Under the pieces are notes generated by a model. That model searched no databases and was not told the origin of the DNA. It saw nothing but the letters and a program-made list of their open reading frames with translations. A stretch of DNA of 63,994 nt, the filler included, from Asterionella formosa (taxonomy: Eukaryota): the NCBI GenBank assembly GCA_002256025.1. It is 4 parts of 4 records of this genome, joined end to end, with 100 filler letters (N's around TTAATTAATTAA, not from the genome) between each part and the next. Parts side by side here need not be neighbours in the genome. Positions count along the whole stretch, not along the records: positions 48,245 to 63,994 come from NKIB01005277.1; 3 more parts are not named here. One strand, written 5' to 3'. Below, piece by piece: positions 62,141-63,994 of this stretch. Both the position numbers and the translations under genes were made by a program. Within the stretch, counting starts at the first letter, position 1. Each line of letters opens with the position of its first letter.

Positions 62141-63813
62141 GCAATTCCCGCTCCAGCTATCGTCTTGCCATTCGGGTACTTCTGAGTAATTTTTAGTCTC
62201 TAAGTAATTTCTTAAGTAATTTTTATTTAAGGGCAATATGGGGCACATCGAATTTTTCGGCAATAAAATTGCCGATTTTAGCATGACAACCAAAATAACG
62301 GTAATATGCATGGAGATGGTACAACAAGCATAAAACACACGAGAATGATTGTAACATGCAACATCAATGAAAATTGAACATGATGTTTGGAGCAACCAAA
62401 GTATGAAATGCGATGTAATAAAAAATAAGAGTTCCAATGGAGACGTATGCATTGTGAATCATTGTAGTACTTACACCCCAGGCAACATTCACTTTCCATC
62501 ACCACACAATCGAAGACCAAAATAAGAAGGGAAAAGCTGAACCCAATCTTGACCTACATCGTTATGTAGCGTAAATGGTCTGGTTTCTGGAACCATGCGC
62601 ATCGCTGTAGTAGCCTGACACCAGTAGCAGTATTTCCGCCACAGTCATTCCTCTCCGCTGCCCACCAAACAAGCAACCCTGATCATTCCATTCTGAGCAA
62701 GCGTGATAGCCATGCTGCTCCAGAACTATTGACTCTCTCTAGCTGAGTATTCATGTAGCTTCTGATACGAACTTGCAGTAGAAATGTAGCAAAGCGCGTT
62801 AGTACAAGAAAAGCATTGCTTGGCGGCAATATTGACATCATTGTCAATGACTATACAAATCAACAAATACGATCAACAACGGCACAATACCACATCTTCA
62901 ATGAGTAGTCATTGATTAATGCATTGGTTCTTATGTAGATATGTACAATCGAAACAAAACGACAGTGCGTAACGACAAACAACGATGGAAGCGATCAAAA
63001 CAAACCACGGAAGCAATCAAATCAGAAAGTCGATAAATACGATCTACAATCCACATTCAGTGTTTCACTGTTGTACTTACCAATCCGCTTCAACTAGCAT
63101 CGGAAAGTCGATAAATACGATCTACAATCCACATTCAGTGTTTCACTTTTGTACTTACCAATCCGCTTCAACTAGCATAACAAGCAGCAGACGATGGGAT
63201 CAAAGAAAGACGAACGTTGCCTATTGCAAGCCCGAATAGAGCAAAGGCAGGCAAGATAGAGTGAGAACTATATTTGTGAGGACGAAATCGGGCATACGGT
63301 ACGTAAAATCAATGAACATGTGAACGATATAATGCAACATTTCAGGTCTCGTAAAAATAATACCGAGTCTACAGAGATAATATTATAACGTGTTCAAAGT
63401 AAGCGTTACAGCATAGCTTAAACCATGCATGGTTGTTTTTAGTACCACGTACGTATGTAGACTAGATGACTGCCGGTACCGGTAGAATATCCGTTAAGCA
63501 TCATTACATACATGACCGGAGCAAAAACTTGTCACCAACATCAGATGTATCGATATCATCGTGCGTCCGACGAAATATGGACGATGCGACTACCGGTACA
63601 TGAATACCTCGAGAAGACAAGCAATCCAACAATCAACCGCATCCGTTAGGCAAAGAATCGCTACTGGCGTCATCGCGGAACTGATTTCGCTTCAAACCGG
63701 TCATGATGGACGACGATTGGCATGGTGAAAGGTGAATTGCCGGAGTCCACTTTTCAGGAGACGAACAAAAACGAGGTGAATTCTAGATATAAATTATTAG
63801 AATCTGTATAGTA
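62141..63813 (+). repeat. ~1.6 kb dispersed repeat, copy 2, with an internal 78 bp tandem duplication (63023-63178)
   Basis: Colinear with 12232-13861, where the 78 bp unit is single. Confidence 0.9.
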
Positions 63814-63994
63814 TACAAAATAGTTTCCTTAAGTAGACCCCTTGCCGATTTCGGCAATCCCAGGGCTGGAAAACCGAGGGGCAATTGGTGTCTGTTGTCT
63901 TGCCAAAATGCGAACATATGAAATATATAAAATATATTTTGATGATGGGCAATATCGGACCTTTGGCAATTTTCGAGGTGAAGATAGGAAATAT

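Overview
Eukaryotic nuclear DNA, very probably from a diatom or another photosynthetic stramenopile: short GT-AG introns, and four genes with signal-peptide + ASAFAP-like bipartite plastid presequences. The window is not one locus. It is four ~16 kb contigs joined by N44-TTAATTAATTAA-N44 linkers (15989-16088, 32075-32174, 48145-48244). Host genes: zeaxanthin epoxidase, plastid enolase, a TVP38/DedA membrane protein, HAL-domain histidyl-tRNA synthetase, a Yop1/REEP protein, a nucleotide-sugar transporter and several hypothetical proteins. Much of the rest is decayed mobile DNA: a Kolobok-type TTAA transposon family, a Ty1/copia element plus a solo LTR, a TA-flanked TIR element carrying an LRR gene fragment, Harbinger and pogo remnants, and MITEs. 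The standout is an apparently circularly permuted tRNA-Arg(ACG) gene at 21208-21294. Its 3' half lies upstream of its 5' half, split at 37/38, with an upstream TATA, leader/trailer pairing into a BHB-like motif, and a Pol III terminator. A second pattern is pervasive TA-[C/G filler]-TA micro-insertions that look like accumulated transposon excision footprints.
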